Assembly (NCBI GenBank): GCA_965207375.1
Contig: OZ242274.1
Location: forward strand, 1,984,001-2,048,000
Direction of reading: 5' to 3'
Length of the DNA stretch: 64,000 nt
From: Nitrosopumilaceae archaeon
Lineage (GTDB): Archaea > Thermoproteota > Nitrososphaeria > Nitrososphaerales > Nitrosopumilaceae
The notes under the pieces are model-generated. The model ran no database searches. It had not been told where the DNA came from and worked only from the letters and a program-made list of their open reading frames with translations. The translations under genes were made by a program, and so were the position numbers. How positions within the stretch are numbered: position 1 is the first letter of the stretch; each line of letters opens with the position of its first letter. This document shows positions 63,762-64,000 of this stretch, piece after piece.

Positions 63762-64000
63762 ATCTTACACTGTCATATTATGGTAAAAAAACAATGCTTT
63801 TAGAATGAGATTGTGTAAAAGTTGAGCTAATTGTTAAAGTCAGATATTTTACGAGTATGTCATTTTTCCTTCTAGTATCAAAATTGACACATGTACCCAT
63901 ATTCTGCGCATGTAGGCATTTCTATTTTAGAGCAGGGGTAATCCGGTCACACATATAGGCTACAAAATTATTACTAAACAAGGAATATCTCATGCACAGC

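Overview
Chromosomal segment of an ammonia-oxidising archaeon (Nitrososphaerota, Nitrosopumilaceae-like). The assignment rests on aIF5A, aIF1, Sec61beta, CdvC/CdvB, CofC/CofD, Tsr3, an archaeal RNase P RNA and BHB-intron tRNAs. Core genes (purM, carAB, bcp, aquaporin, lsrF-like aldolase) are interspersed with accessory or decaying DNA. This includes an intact IS66 with 12-bp IRs and an 8-bp TSD, a degenerate IS66, an IS630, several pseudogenes, a dispersed palindromic repeat family, a Liv-type ABC operon and repeat-rich surface proteins. The pattern suggests, but does not prove, a host-associated lineage. Most notable: (1) an intron-containing tRNA with a class II Ser-type body but a GAA (Phe) anticodon after canonical splicing; (2) a DUF3800-like gene facing a convergent, promoter-bearing hairpin RNA; (3) an unassigned ~65-aa His/Trp repeat domain found 5 times in two genes, one with an 87-Gln tract; (4) a 22-bp-duplication/poly-C insertion in a signal peptide; (5) a two-copy structured non-coding motif; (6) an apparent ATA start codon for carA. 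All calls were made by eye, with no database searches.
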